Assembly: GCA_963775735.1 (NCBI GenBank)
Contig: CAVZKD010000007.1
Location: 214,675-278,674 of the forward strand
Length of the DNA stretch: 64,000 nt
Direction of reading: 5' to 3'
DNA from: an uncultured Actinomycetes bacterium
GTDB lineage: Bacteria > Actinomycetota > UBA4738 > HRBIN12
Each line of letters starts with the position of its first letter. The first letter of the stretch is position 1. This document shows positions 9,651 through 19,352 of this stretch, piece after piece. The position numbers and the translations under genes are program-made. The notes below the pieces were generated by a model, which saw only the letters and a program-made list of their open reading frames with translations, did no database searches and was not told where the DNA came from.

Positions 9651-10090
9651 GGTCGCACCTCGAAGGCGACGACCGAGACCACGCGCGGGTCGAACGGGAC
9701 GTGATCGCTTGCCACGAACTCGACCGTGATCCGGTGGGTACCGGGCGCGACCTCGGCGATCTCCTGCTCGAGTCCCTCCGTCATCGAGATCAGTTGGTCG
9801 TCCAGCAGCACGTGCAGGTGTCCTTCGTCCGGCGCGATGTCGGTCGTCGTCTGGGGGACGAGCTTCGCACCCTCGAGCGAGACCTGCAGTAGGACGGTCG
9901 AACCCTCGACCACCCTGCCGGTCTTCGGCTGCACGATCGCGAGGTCGGCGGTGCTGCTCGGCCGCGTCGCGGTGCTCGGCGACGAAGGCGACGTGGACGG
10001 CGACGCCGTGGAGCCGCCGGTCTCGCCACCCGAGCCACAGGCGGCGAGCACGAGCGTCACGAAGAGGATGCCCGCGATCCTCGTGCGCAT
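9647..10090 (-). CDS. DUF4399-like lipoprotein (paralog of 12079..12621)
   Basis: ATG at 10090 with GGAGG upstream. Lipobox LAAC. Conserved EGHLHVLLDD ... DHVPF block shared with the paralog. The DUF4399 assignment is from memory of its GHxHL motif. Confidence 0.65.
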   Translation of the reverse strand: MRTRIAGILFVTLVLAACGSGGETGGSTASPSTSPSSPSTATRPSSTADLAIVQPKTGRVVEGSTVLLQVSLEGAKLVPQTTTDIAPDEGHLHVLLDDQLISMTEGLEQEIAEVAPGTHRITVEFVASDHVPFDPRVVSVVAFEVRP

Positions 10091-10128
10091 CTCACCTCCG
10101 TTCATACACGGCGCCCACGACGGACGGG

Positions 10129-12082
10129 TCACGGGACCGTCTGCTCGAACGACAGGAGGAACGTCTGCCCACTGCGGGTCAGCACGTCGAGGTCGAACGT
10201 CCACGTGCCGGGTTGCTCGAGGTCGAGGTTCGCGACGAAGTGGCCTTTCGAGAGACGTTGTGGCAGCGGCGAGATCGGGGAGCCGCCGTCCGGTGTCGCG
10301 AGCACGATCCCATGATGCAGCGGCAGCTCCGAGCCCTCCGCGTCGAAGGCGGTGATGTGCACCTGGTTCGTCCGCCCGGCCTCGCCGGGATCGACGTAGG
10401 CCTGGATCTGGATCCCTCCGGCGAGCGTGAACGTGTACAGCGTCGGCTGCCCCGGCACCTCGGAGACGTCGAGTTGCGGCTCGGGGACCTCCGGCGTCAC
10501 CTCGAGCGGGATCTCCAACGAGCCGTCGGCTTGCTCCACCCGGACGGTGATCGTCCACGTGCCCTCGAGCGCGAGCGCGGTCGACGCGGCCTGCCACCCG
10601 CGGTCATCGACGCGCTCGAGTTCGAGCTCCGAGCCGACCTCCGGCTGCTCCGGGAGGTCGAACGTGAGCACCACCCGGCGAGCCTCGACCGGTTCGCCCG
10701 TGTCGTAGTCCGTCAGCACGACCAGGAACGTGTTCGGCCCGACGGTGCCGGGCGTGATCGTGAGCCGTGCCTTCGTCGTCGTGGCGAAGTCCGAGCCGGT
10801 CACCAGGAGGTGCGCGGCCTCCGGTGGCTCCGGCTCGCTCGGCTGCGGGGGGAGCCCGGTGAGCAGGCCGGTGATCCCGAAGGCGACGGCCGCGAGCGCG
10901 ACCTCGCCTCCGGCGGTCCGCAGGAGCGGGCGCGGCCCGAGCTGTTCGAACCGTGCGACGTTGCGGAACCGGTTCACCGCGCCGAGCGTGACGATCGTGG
11001 CGACGACGGCGAGCTTGACCATCAGCGTCGTGCCGTAGCTCGTGTCGAACGCGTGGAGCCACCATCCGAAGCCGCCGAGCTCGTTGGACGCGCGGAGCAC
11101 GCCCGAGATCACGACGATCACGAGCCCGATCAGCGCGAGGCGCGACGATCGCCGGACCTCGGCGGGTCCCAGACCCTTCGCGAGGCCGACGAGGAGCCAG
11201 ACGAGCCCCCCGATCCAGGTCCCGACGCCGACGACATGCACCCATTGGACCAGGACGGCGGTGGGCGAGCCCGCGGCGTGGCCGCCGGCGGCGCGGGCGA
11301 GCATCGCACCGGCGGCCCCGAGCGCCAGGAGCGCGAGCGTCACCCTCCCCGGCTTGATCGCCGCGGCGAGTGCCACGATCCCGGCGACGGCCACCGTGAC
11401 CGCGAGCACGACGAGCTTGCCGCCGGCATCCGACGACAGGAGCGTCCCGAGCGGCACCCCGACCGCGGACCGCTCCGCCACCGTCATGAGCACGACACCG
11501 ATCGCCGCGAGTGCCCACGCGATCCCCAGGATCCAGGGCCGGGTCGTGACGCCGGGTCCGAGCGCGAACAGACCCGCCACCCCGGCGCCGAACAGCACGA
11601 CGAGCCCGATGTAGAGGCACCACCTGCCGGCGACGGCCACCGGGGTGGGGGGTTCCGTCTGTTCCGTGTCGCCGGCGGGGATCGCCGTGACGTCTCCCTC
11701 GGAGACGCCGACCCCGAACGAGAAGGCCCCCGAGGTGACGTGGCCGTCGGTCGTCGAGACCGTCCGCCACGTGACCGTGTACACCCCGTCGGGGAGCGGG
11801 TCGGGGACGACGCGGATCGCGAGCTCGTCTCGCGGGACGCGCTCGACCGGCCCGGTCGGCACGGAGGCGCCCGTCCGGTCGACGATGCCGACGACCGTCA
11901 GGGAGAGGTCGGGCGGTTCGGTGAACGAGATCCCGATCTCCTCGGGGGGGGCGTCGAGGATGGCGCCGTTCGCGGGATCGGTCGACGTGACGGCGGCGTG
12001 GGCGCCGGCAGGGGGGGCGAGCGCCGACAGCAGCGACGACGCTCGCGGCGGCGACGAACCCGGCGAGCGTGAGCCGTCTCAC
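10129..12082 (-). CDS. CopC-CopD fusion copper resistance/uptake protein (YcnJ-like), apparent frameshift near the 5' end
   Basis: ORF 10129..11862 carries the end of a CopC domain (YTVTWRTVSTTDGH), an 8-TM CopD region and two C-terminal Ig-like domains. Own translation shows the signal peptide (VRRLTLAGFVAAASVVAAVGA, start 12082) in another frame. The CopC N-terminus (AGAHAAVTSTDPANGAILD) has no start codon of its own. The two frames meet at a G7 run, 12011-12017. Confidence 0.8.
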
Positions 12083-12621
12083 GACCCCTCCGTCACGAAC
12101 GTCGTCGTGATCACCACGCGCGGATCGAAAGGTGCGTGGTCCGCCGCGACGAACTCGGCCTCGAGCCGGTGCACGCCGGGATCGAGGTCCTCCACCGCGA
12201 CCTGCTGGACCTCACCGCTGGTCATCGAGACGATCGCGCCGTCGACGAACAAGTGGAGGTGCCCGGTATCCGGCGCGATGTCGGTCGAGGACCCCTCGAC
12301 GATCGAAGCGCCGTCCACGCGCACGAGGACCTCGAGGTCGTCCCCGCTCACGACCTGCCCGGGAGCCGGCTCCATGAAGGCGATCGTGGCGCTGGAGGCC
12401 GGTCGGTTCCCGCTCGGCTGCGGCCAGAGCACCGACGGCACGACGATCGACGCGACGAGCACGACCGGCGCGAGGCCGATCAACGTCCAGGCGCCCCATC
12501 CGGGCAACCGTCGGAACCCGCGGCCGCGGATCCGGCTCAGGCCGACCCAGCCGACCACCAGGCCGGCGGCGACGAGCGCCGACGACGCGAACTCGGGCGC
12601 ACCGCCCGCGTGCGCGAGCAT
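12079..12621 (-). CDS. membrane-anchored DUF4399-like protein
   Basis: ATG at 12621. Two N-terminal hydrophobic segments, then TGHLHLFVDG ... DHAPFDPRVV, paralogous to 9647..10090. Its stop overlaps the copCD start (GTGA). Confidence 0.65.
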   Translation of the reverse strand: MLAHAGGAPEFASSALVAAGLVVGWVGLSRIRGRGFRRLPGWGAWTLIGLAPVVLVASIVVPSVLWPQPSGNRPASSATIAFMEPAPGQVVSGDDLEVLVRVDGASIVEGSSTDIAPDTGHLHLFVDGAIVSMTSGEVQQVAVEDLDPGVHRLEAEFVAADHAPFDPRVVITTTFVTEGS

Positions 12622-12626
12622 CGTCC

Positions 12627-13322
12627 TCAGGCCGCCGTCCGCTTCCTCGATGCGACGAGCGCGACGACCGCGACCACCAGCCCGAGGGCGCCGACGATCA
12701 GGCCGACCAGCCCGAACGTCTGCGCGCTCGAGGCGTCGTCCGCGACCTCGTCGGCGCGGGCGATCGCGGCCGCTCGGGCGTCCTCGATCTCGCCCGACAG
12801 CCTCGGGACCTCGCGCTCGATCCGGTCGGCGAGCTCCGTCGTGGTCGGCGCCTCGACCGCCGGGAAGGCCGACGACAGCGGGTCCTGGACGTCGGAGAAC
12901 GTGTCCGGCCCGGACGTGAACATCTCGTCGATCTCCTCGCCGTCGATCGTCCCGGTGAAGTGGAACGTGTACTGCCCGGCCTGCGACGGGATGAACCACG
13001 CGCGGTAGTCGCCCGGCTCGCCGAACTCGCCGACGGCGAAGTACGGCTCCAGCACCAGCCCCGTGGTCTCCTCGCCGAACCCGATCCTGACGTCCAGCGT
13101 GTCGCCTAGGTCGACGACCGGCTCGCCGTCGTGCTCGAGCAGGAGTTGCACGCTGTTCGGCTGGCCCGCGTAGGCGGGCTCGGTCCCGAACCCGACGACC
13201 ATCAGCAGGTCGCCGTCGCCCGTCGTCCTGGGGTCGTGCGCGAGGGCGGGCGAGGCGGGCAGGATCAGCAGGGTGGTGACCATGGTCGCGGCCGACAGCA
13301 GCCGCTTCGATCCGATCGACAT
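12627..13322 (-). CDS. exported, C-terminally membrane-anchored protein with YcnI(DUF1775)-like topology; putative copper-binding
   Basis: Strong SD (GGTGGAGG). Signal peptide ending ALA|HDP, so the mature N-terminus is predicted to be His. Beta-rich body, acidic linker, C-terminal TM plus RKRTAA tail. First gene of the copCD operon. The family call rests on topology and context, not on sequence identity. Confidence 0.5.
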   Translation of the reverse strand: MSIGSKRLLSAATMVTTLLILPASPALAHDPRTTGDGDLLMVVGFGTEPAYAGQPNSVQLLLEHDGEPVVDLGDTLDVRIGFGEETTGLVLEPYFAVGEFGEPGDYRAWFIPSQAGQYTFHFTGTIDGEEIDEMFTSGPDTFSDVQDPLSSAFPAVEAPTTTELADRIEREVPRLSGEIEDARAAAIARADEVADDASSAQTFGLVGLIVGALGLVVAVVALVASRKRTAA

Positions 13323-13391
13323 GACGAACCTCCACCGGGTCTCGGCGCGACCGGTTGGCCGCGCGGATCGGAAGTGATGAGGGGGGTTCCG

Positions 13392-13976
13392 TCAGGCGGG
13401 GGGAGGGCCGCGAACGTTGGCGGCCGAGACGAGCAGGAGCCGGGCCGGCCGTATCGAGACGACCGGCAGCACCGTTGCGTGTTCGGGGCGAGGCTGCTCC
13501 ACCCGGGAGCGGACGACGTCCGCGAGCCGCGACGATGTTCGCGCGAGCAGTCGCAGCAGCCCCGCGGCGCCGATCGCGACGACCACCTGCACGACCGATC
13601 CGATGCTCAGCAGGTGGTCGTGGGCCAGGTCTCCGAGCGACACCCCCGCGACCACGCGCTCGAGCACCTCCTGGCCCACGAAGGCCGACACCTGGACGCA
13701 GGCGAGGAGCCCGGCGAGACCGACGAAGCGATCGGTGCGTTCGGAGCGTCGATCGGACAGCGCCCGAGCGACCGCAGCGGCGACCCCGGCGAGCAGGAGG
13801 ATCAGGGCAGCCTCCGCCAACAGGGGCAGGTACCCGTGTCCCGTCCGGTCCAGGACCAGGTCTCGATGGTACGGGTCCGGGATCGCGATCGCGTACGACA
13901 ACGCATGCCCGAGCAGGAGCCCGGCGACGGCGAAGCCGAAGACCGGGAGGCCGCGGATCCGTGGTCCTTCACGCAC
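13392..13976 (-). CDS. hypothetical integral membrane protein
   Basis: ORF 13392..14075, trimmed to GTG 13976, which has AGGAGGAG 8 nt upstream. About 5 predicted TM helices. No family recognised. Confidence 0.5.
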   Translation of the reverse strand: MREGPRIRGLPVFGFAVAGLLLGHALSYAIAIPDPYHRDLVLDRTGHGYLPLLAEAALILLLAGVAAAVARALSDRRSERTDRFVGLAGLLACVQVSAFVGQEVLERVVAGVSLGDLAHDHLLSIGSVVQVVVAIGAAGLLRLLARTSSRLADVVRSRVEQPRPEHATVLPVVSIRPARLLLVSAANVRGPPPA

Positions 13977-14010
13977 GCGCGAGGTCTCTCCTCCTGGGGT
14001 GCATCTGATT

Positions 14011-14967
14011 CTACGCGTGCCTTCCGACAACGGTTCCCGACGGGCGCTCAGTGCGCGCGCCACGGCGACGCGCACCGGCCAGCCAGCCGGCCATCTTCGC
14101 GCTGTCGATGAACGCCATCAGCCCCGGCACCGCGAGCATCGCCCGCGCGCGTTCCGCGGGATCGTCGAAGCGGTCGCGGGCACGCCGGAGCGGCGTGAAG
14201 GCGTACGCGCCCGCGCCCGCGAGCGTGGCCGCCTTGCGGAGCAGCCCGCTCGTCGACCACGCGTACAGGCCGGCCGAGTAGACGCCGAACCGCAGCGCAT
14301 GGCGTTCGGGGAACATCCCCGCCTCCGCGTCCCCCCGCGCGTAGCGGAAGTACTGGCGCCAGGTCTCGGCGAGCGACTCGCGGAGCGGCCAGTTCACGAC
14401 CGCGTGGGGGACGAGCCGCATGTCGAGCCCGAGCTCGCGGAACCGGTGATCGACGAACATGTCCTCGCCGATGTCGAGCCATTCCGGATACCCGCCGACG
14501 CGCTCGATCGCCTCCTTCGTGAACGCCACCGACCGGCCGCTCGGCATGAACGTGGCCTCGTCGAGCTCGTCCGCGTCGGGGAGGTTCACGCAGGCCATCG
14601 CGCGCTGGAGGAACGAGTCGGCGAGCGGACGGTAGAACCCCATCGCCACGTCCGCCCCCGCCTCCAGCGGCTCGAGCAGCCGCTCGAGCCAGTCGCGTTC
14701 CAGCACGCAGTCCGCGTCGGAGACCGCGATCACGTCGTGCGTGGCCGACGCGATCGCGAGGTTCCGGCCGCGGGCGATGTTCGCCCCCGGTTGCTCGACC
14801 AGGGAGACCTCCGCGGACCCCCGCAGGATCTCGAGCCCGCCGTCGGTCGAGCCGCCGTCGACGACGACGACCTCGTCGGGCGACCGCGTCTGCCACGCGA
14901 CCGACTCGAGGAACGCGCCGACGCGGTCCGACGCGTTCAACACCGTGGTGATCAGCGTGACCTTCAT
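14011..14967 (-). CDS. family 2 glycosyltransferase
   Basis: Start ATG 14967 (ATGA overlap). MKVTLITTVLNASDRVGAFLESV ... VVVVDGGSTDG ... DADCV, typical GT-A/GT2. Confidence 0.85.
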   Translation of the reverse strand: MKVTLITTVLNASDRVGAFLESVAWQTRSPDEVVVVDGGSTDGGLEILRGSAEVSLVEQPGANIARGRNLAIASATHDVIAVSDADCVLERDWLERLLEPLEAGADVAMGFYRPLADSFLQRAMACVNLPDADELDEATFMPSGRSVAFTKEAIERVGGYPEWLDIGEDMFVDHRFRELGLDMRLVPHAVVNWPLRESLAETWRQYFRYARGDAEAGMFPERHALRFGVYSAGLYAWSTSGLLRKAATLAGAGAYAFTPLRRARDRFDDPAERARAMLAVPGLMAFIDSAKMAGWLAGARRRGARTERPSGTVVGRHA

Positions 14968-16088
14968 TTGGATCCCCGCGCCCGCTCGTACACCTCGATC
15001 GTCCTGCGCGCGGTCTCGTCCCAGCTGAAGCGCTCGGACTGGGCTCGCCCTCGCGCCGCGAGACGCTCGGCGAGTCCGACGTCCGTGCAGACGGACTCGA
15101 TCGCCTTCGCGATCTCGCGGACCGAACGCGGGTTCACGGCGAGCGCCGCGTCGCCGGTGACCTCGGGCACCGAGGAGGTGCCCGATGCGACGGTCGGGAT
15201 CCCCCGCGACATCGCCTCGAGGACCGGGAGGCCGAAGCCCTCGTAGAGCGACGGGTAGGCGAACACGTCCGCGGCACGGTAGACGGCGTCGAGCTCCTGC
15301 GGCGTGAGGGCTCCGGTCATGGCGATGTCGCCGGGACCCTCCAGCGCGAGCTCGCGCATCAACGCCTCGTGGTGCCAACCGAGCGGGCCGGCGAGCACCA
15401 GCGAGTGCGGCACGCCGGTCGCCGCGACCCGCCGGTACGCGCGCACGAGCCGGACGAGGTTCTTCCTCGGCTCGATCGTCCCGACGAACAGCACGTATGG
15501 CGGCCGCACCTTCAGCCGGCCGATCACCTCCGCGACGTCGACGACCTCAACTGCCGGGGACGCCGCCAGGGGCACGACGTGGAGCTTCCGGGGGTCGACC
15601 TTCGTGCGCGAGAGCACGTCCTCCGCGGTGTTCCTCGACGGCGTCACGATCGCGTCCGCCCGCCGGACCGCGGCTCGGAGCCCGAGGCGGTAGAGCGCGC
15701 GCCACTTCTGCGGGAACGCGCTCGGGTAGTGCACGAACGCGAGGTCGTGGATGGTCACGACCAGCCGCTGACCGTCCGCGACCGCGGGGATGGCGACCGG
15801 GTTCGTCGCATGAACGACGTCGGCGGCGGCCAGTGACGCCGGCAGTGTGGGGCGCCCGAGCGCTGTCCAGCGCGGGTACAGAGACCGGGCGGAGGCGGAG
15901 AGCTCCTCCACCCAGAACTCCCGCATCCAGCGTTCGGGCGGCTCGGGCGAGACGAAGCGCGAGTGGAACAGGACGAGCTCGAGCGAGGGGTCGTGGGTGG
16001 CCATCGAGGGCACGAGGTTCCGGACGTACGTGCCGATGCCGCCCGGGACGGGGGTGAAGAGTTGGTCGACGTGGACCGCGACCTTCAC
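14964..16088 (-). CDS. family 4 (GT-B) glycosyltransferase
   Basis: GTG 16088 overlaps the upstream stop (GTGA). C-terminal EGFGLPVLEAMSRGIPTVAS motif of GT1/GT4 enzymes. Confidence 0.85.
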   Translation of the reverse strand: MKVAVHVDQLFTPVPGGIGTYVRNLVPSMATHDPSLELVLFHSRFVSPEPPERWMREFWVEELSASARSLYPRWTALGRPTLPASLAAADVVHATNPVAIPAVADGQRLVVTIHDLAFVHYPSAFPQKWRALYRLGLRAAVRRADAIVTPSRNTAEDVLSRTKVDPRKLHVVPLAASPAVEVVDVAEVIGRLKVRPPYVLFVGTIEPRKNLVRLVRAYRRVAATGVPHSLVLAGPLGWHHEALMRELALEGPGDIAMTGALTPQELDAVYRAADVFAYPSLYEGFGLPVLEAMSRGIPTVASGTSSVPEVTGDAALAVNPRSVREIAKAIESVCTDVGLAERLAARGRAQSERFSWDETARRTIEVYERARGSK

Positions 16089-16381
16089 CTCGATGCCTCC
16101 ACGCACGAACAGCCTTGCGGCCCAACGGTCGCAGCGTGCGCCGTCCCGGGTTCGAGGTCCAGGCGGTCGCCCGCTTGCAGGTCGACGTCGCCCGCGTCCA
16201 GCTGGAACGTGATCGAGCCCTCGAGGCAGAACAGCACCTTGTGGTAGCCGTGCGAATGGCGACCATACGTGTCGCCGGGCCCGTTCCCCCACGGTCGGGG
16301 CGTCGAACATCCCTCAGCCTCGAACGCGGCCGAGGCCTCCTGTCGATCCGCGATCGCGCTCGGTACCTTCGACGCGGTCAT
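16085..16381 (-). CDS. small cupin domain protein
   Basis: 98 aa. GRHSHGYHKVLFCLEGSITF ... LEPGTAHAA fits cupin motifs 1 and 2. Abuts the accE-like stop. Confidence 0.6.
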   Translation of the reverse strand: MTASKVPSAIADRQEASAAFEAEGCSTPRPWGNGPGDTYGRHSHGYHKVLFCLEGSITFQLDAGDVDLQAGDRLDLEPGTAHAATVGPQGCSCVEASR

Positions 16382-16642
16382 CTACCCCGCGTCGCCTCGG
16401 CCGGCGAGCGGCGGCACACCCCGACGGACGAAGGTCACCCTGCCGGTCGCGGCCCACGGCGTCTCCGTGTGGTGGCGCGACTGGAGGGCGCCCCAGCCGG
16501 TCGCCTCGACCCGCCCGGCCAGCGCCCACGGACGCGGGTGCGGGTTCTCCTGCGCGAAGTAGCGCTCGAGCGCGCGGATGATCGCGCGCTCTTCGTCGGG
16601 GGTGAGGTCCTCGGGGAGCTCGAATCGGCGCCCGTTGCTCAC
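16382..16642 (-). CDS. acyl-CoA carboxylase epsilon subunit-like small protein
   Basis: 86 aa, immediately downstream of and overlapping the carboxyltransferase gene (ATGA). This position and size match actinobacterial AccE. Sequence evidence alone is weak. Confidence 0.5.
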   Translation of the reverse strand: MSNGRRFELPEDLTPDEERAIIRALERYFAQENPHPRPWALAGRVEATGWGALQSRHHTETPWAATGRVTFVRRGVPPLAGRGDAG

Positions 16643-18225
16643 AGCGGGATGTTCCCGTGCTTGCGGGCGGGCACGGCCTCACGTTTGGTCGCCAGCATCC
16701 GGAGCGCGTTGATGAGCCGGGGCCGCGTCTCCGAGGGCTCGATCACGTCGTCGATGAACCCGCGTTCGGCCGCGACGTACGGCGTCGCGAACCTCTCCTG
16801 GTACTGCGCGATGAGCTCGGCGCGTGCGGCCGTCGGATCCTCGGCCTTCTCGATCTGCTTGCGGAACACCACGTTGACCGCGCCCTCGGGTCCCATCACG
16901 GCGATCTCGGCCGTCGGCCACGCGAACGAGACGTCGGCGCGCAGGTGCTTCGAGTTCATGACGAGGTACGCGCCCCCGTACGCCTTGCGGGTGATCACGG
17001 TCAGCCGCGGGACCGTCGCCTCGGCGAACGCGTACAGGAGCTTGGCGCCGTGGCGGATGATGCCGTGGTACTCCTGGTCCGTCCCGGGCAGGAACCCGGG
17101 CACGTCGACGAACGTCACGATGGGCACGTTGAACGCGTCGCACGTCCGGACGAACCGAGACGCCTTCTCCGACGAGTCGATGTCCAGCGTGCCGGCCTGC
17201 ACCTTCGGCTGGTTCGCCACGATGCCGACGGCACGGCCGTCCAGTCGCGCGAACCCGATCACGACGTTCATCGCCCAGAAGGGGAAGACCTCGAAGAAGT
17301 CCCCGTCATCGACGACGCGGCGGATCACCTCGTGCATGTCGTACGGCTCGCGCGCCGAGTCGGGGATCAGGTGTGTGAGCCCCTCGTCGATCCGCGCCGG
17401 GTCGTCCGCGGTCGCGAACGACGGCGGATCCTCGAGGTTGTTCGACGGCAGGTACGACAGGAGGTGGCGGACCATGGCCAGGCACTCCTCCTCGTCCTGG
17501 CTGACGAACGAGGCCACACCCGAGCGGCTCGCGTGCGTCATCGCGCCGCCGAGCTCTTCGAACGTGACCTCCTCGCCGGTCACCGCCTTGATCACGTCCG
17601 GACCGGTGATGAACATGTGCGAGGTCTCGCGGACCATGAACGTGAAGTCGGTGATCGCGGGGGAGTACACGGCGCCGCCGGCGCACGGCCCCATGATCAC
17701 GCTGATCTGCGGGATCACGCCCGAGGAGCGCACGTTGCGTTCGAACACGTAGCCGTAGCCGGCGAGGCTGGCGGCGCCCTCCTGGATCCTCGCCCCGCCC
17801 GAGTCGTTGATCTGGATGAAGGGCGCGCCGGTGGACATGGCGAGGTCCTGGACCTTGCAGATCTTCTGCGCGTGCACCTCGCCGAGCGAGCCGCCGAACA
17901 CCGTGAAGTCCTGGGACGCGACGAAGACCCGGCGGCCATCGGCGGTCCCGTAGCCGGTGATCACACCGTCGCCGGCGGGCCGGTTGCGTTCGATGCCGAA
18001 CTCGTGCGCGCGGTGCACCGCGAACGGATCGGTCTCCTGGAACGAGTCGCGATCCAGCAGCAGCTCCACGCGCTCGCGCGCGGTCAGCTTGCCCTTCTCG
18101 TGCTGCTTGCGGACCGCGTCGCGACGGGAGGTGTCCAGGAGCGCGGCCCGGCGCTTGCGCAGCTCCGCGATCCGGTCCTCGACCGTGCGGACCGAAGGTT
18201 GGGGAAGGTCCTCGGTCTTCGCCAT
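16639..18225 (-). CDS. pccB: propionyl-/acyl-CoA carboxylase carboxyltransferase (beta) subunit
   Basis: 528 aa. Canonical carboxyltransferase blocks ([44 protein letters not shown]). Confidence 0.92.
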   Translation of the reverse strand: MAKTEDLPQPSVRTVEDRIAELRKRRAALLDTSRRDAVRKQHEKGKLTARERVELLLDRDSFQETDPFAVHRAHEFGIERNRPAGDGVITGYGTADGRRVFVASQDFTVFGGSLGEVHAQKICKVQDLAMSTGAPFIQINDSGGARIQEGAASLAGYGYVFERNVRSSGVIPQISVIMGPCAGGAVYSPAITDFTFMVRETSHMFITGPDVIKAVTGEEVTFEELGGAMTHASRSGVASFVSQDEEECLAMVRHLLSYLPSNNLEDPPSFATADDPARIDEGLTHLIPDSAREPYDMHEVIRRVVDDGDFFEVFPFWAMNVVIGFARLDGRAVGIVANQPKVQAGTLDIDSSEKASRFVRTCDAFNVPIVTFVDVPGFLPGTDQEYHGIIRHGAKLLYAFAEATVPRLTVITRKAYGGAYLVMNSKHLRADVSFAWPTAEIAVMGPEGAVNVVFRKQIEKAEDPTAARAELIAQYQERFATPYVAAERGFIDDVIEPSETRPRLINALRMLATKREAVPARKHGNIPL

Positions 18226-18237
18226 CGCCTCGGGAGT

Positions 18238-18702
18238 CTAGCGGAGCGCCCCACGCGCACGTCGTTCGAAGCAGTCCCCGGCGCCCTGCCACGGTCCCCA
18301 CCCGTTCTCGTGCACCATCCGGATCGTCACGACGCTGTTCGTTCGGCCCGAGAGCGCGGTTTCTGGCAGCTCCCATCCGGGGCGCGTCCAGGTCTCGTAC
18401 CGGTCCGGCCAGTACACGGCGCTGTGCTGGAACAGCCCGAGGAACTTCCCCTCCTCTTCCCCCGCGCGGGGGTTCAGGTGGCTCTCGGCGTCGGCGACGC
18501 AGATCGCTCGCTCGGCGCCGCCGCGGACCTCCCACTCGAGGGCGGCGCACGTGATCAGTCGCTTCATGTGGGACACGAGCGACTCGTCCGGTCCCCGGTG
18601 CACGTCGCACGGCCCGGGCCGGTGATGCGCTCGCGCGGTCGCCGGCGCGAGCAGCAGGAGCAGGAGGAGCGCGGGGAGGATCGCCCGCGTGGAGGCGCGC
18701 AC
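18238..18702 (-). CDS. secreted lysozyme-like / SLT-type transglycosylase domain protein
   Basis: GTG 18702 followed by a signal peptide (ILPALLLLLLLAPATARA). ADAESHLNPRA ... LGLFQHS resembles the GH23 E-S ... GLxQ motif. Confidence 0.45.
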   Translation of the reverse strand: MRASTRAILPALLLLLLLAPATARAHHRPGPCDVHRGPDESLVSHMKRLITCAALEWEVRGGAERAICVADAESHLNPRAGEEEGKFLGLFQHSAVYWPDRYETWTRPGWELPETALSGRTNSVVTIRMVHENGWGPWQGAGDCFERRARGALR

Positions 18703-18772
18703 GACGCGCGAACCTAGCAGCGGCCCGGCAGGGCGTCGAACCGGGGTTGCGCTCGCGCGCAGCGGCGCGACG

Positions 18773-19324
18773 TCACGTCTCGACCCGTCCGCCGCTCCGC
18801 CAGTACGCGCCGTGATCGCGGTCGAGGAATCCCTCATCGACGAGGTATCGACGGAGGGCTGCGTGGTCTTGATGGAACCTGCCGACGATCGCGTTCACGG
18901 TTCGCTCGTCGTACCGGATGCCGGGCTCGAACTCGAGCGCGATGCGTTCGAGGACGATGCGTCGCTTCGAAGCCTTCGCCGGAACCTCGACCAGCCTGCC
19001 GTCTCGGAAGAACGCGCGGAGCACCGACTCCTCGTCCTCGTTCGCGGCCCCCAGAGCGAGTCCTGACTCCCGGGGTGGGCCGACCTGCTCGGCGGCCCAG
19101 CGGAGCGTCTCGGCGTCCAGGCGGTACGTGCGGCGGTCCTCGTCCAACCGGGCGACGCCGGCGCCCAGCAGACGCTTCAGATGCTTCTGCACGCGGGTCA
19201 TCGGCAGGCCCAGGTCCGCGGCGAGGTCGCCGGCCGTCGCGTCCGCGCGCGAGAGACGGCCGGCGACGGCGAGCCGCTCCGGGTCGGCGAGGGCCCGGAG
19301 GATGTCGTTCGGGGTCTCGGGCAT
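18773..19324 (-). CDS. ArsR-type winged-helix regulator with DUF2087-like C-terminal domain
   Basis: ATG 19324. ILRALADPERLAVAGRL ... AGDLAADLGLPMTRVQKHLKRL is an ArsR HTH. The C-terminal YDERTVNAIVGRFHQDHAALRRYLVDEGFLDR matches my memory of DUF2087. Confidence 0.7.
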   Translation of the reverse strand: MPETPNDILRALADPERLAVAGRLSRADATAGDLAADLGLPMTRVQKHLKRLLGAGVARLDEDRRTYRLDAETLRWAAEQVGPPRESGLALGAANEDEESVLRAFFRDGRLVEVPAKASKRRIVLERIALEFEPGIRYDERTVNAIVGRFHQDHAALRRYLVDEGFLDRDHGAYWRSGGRVET

Positions 19325-19352
19325 GTCGGCGGGTACTCCTACCATCCCGGCC

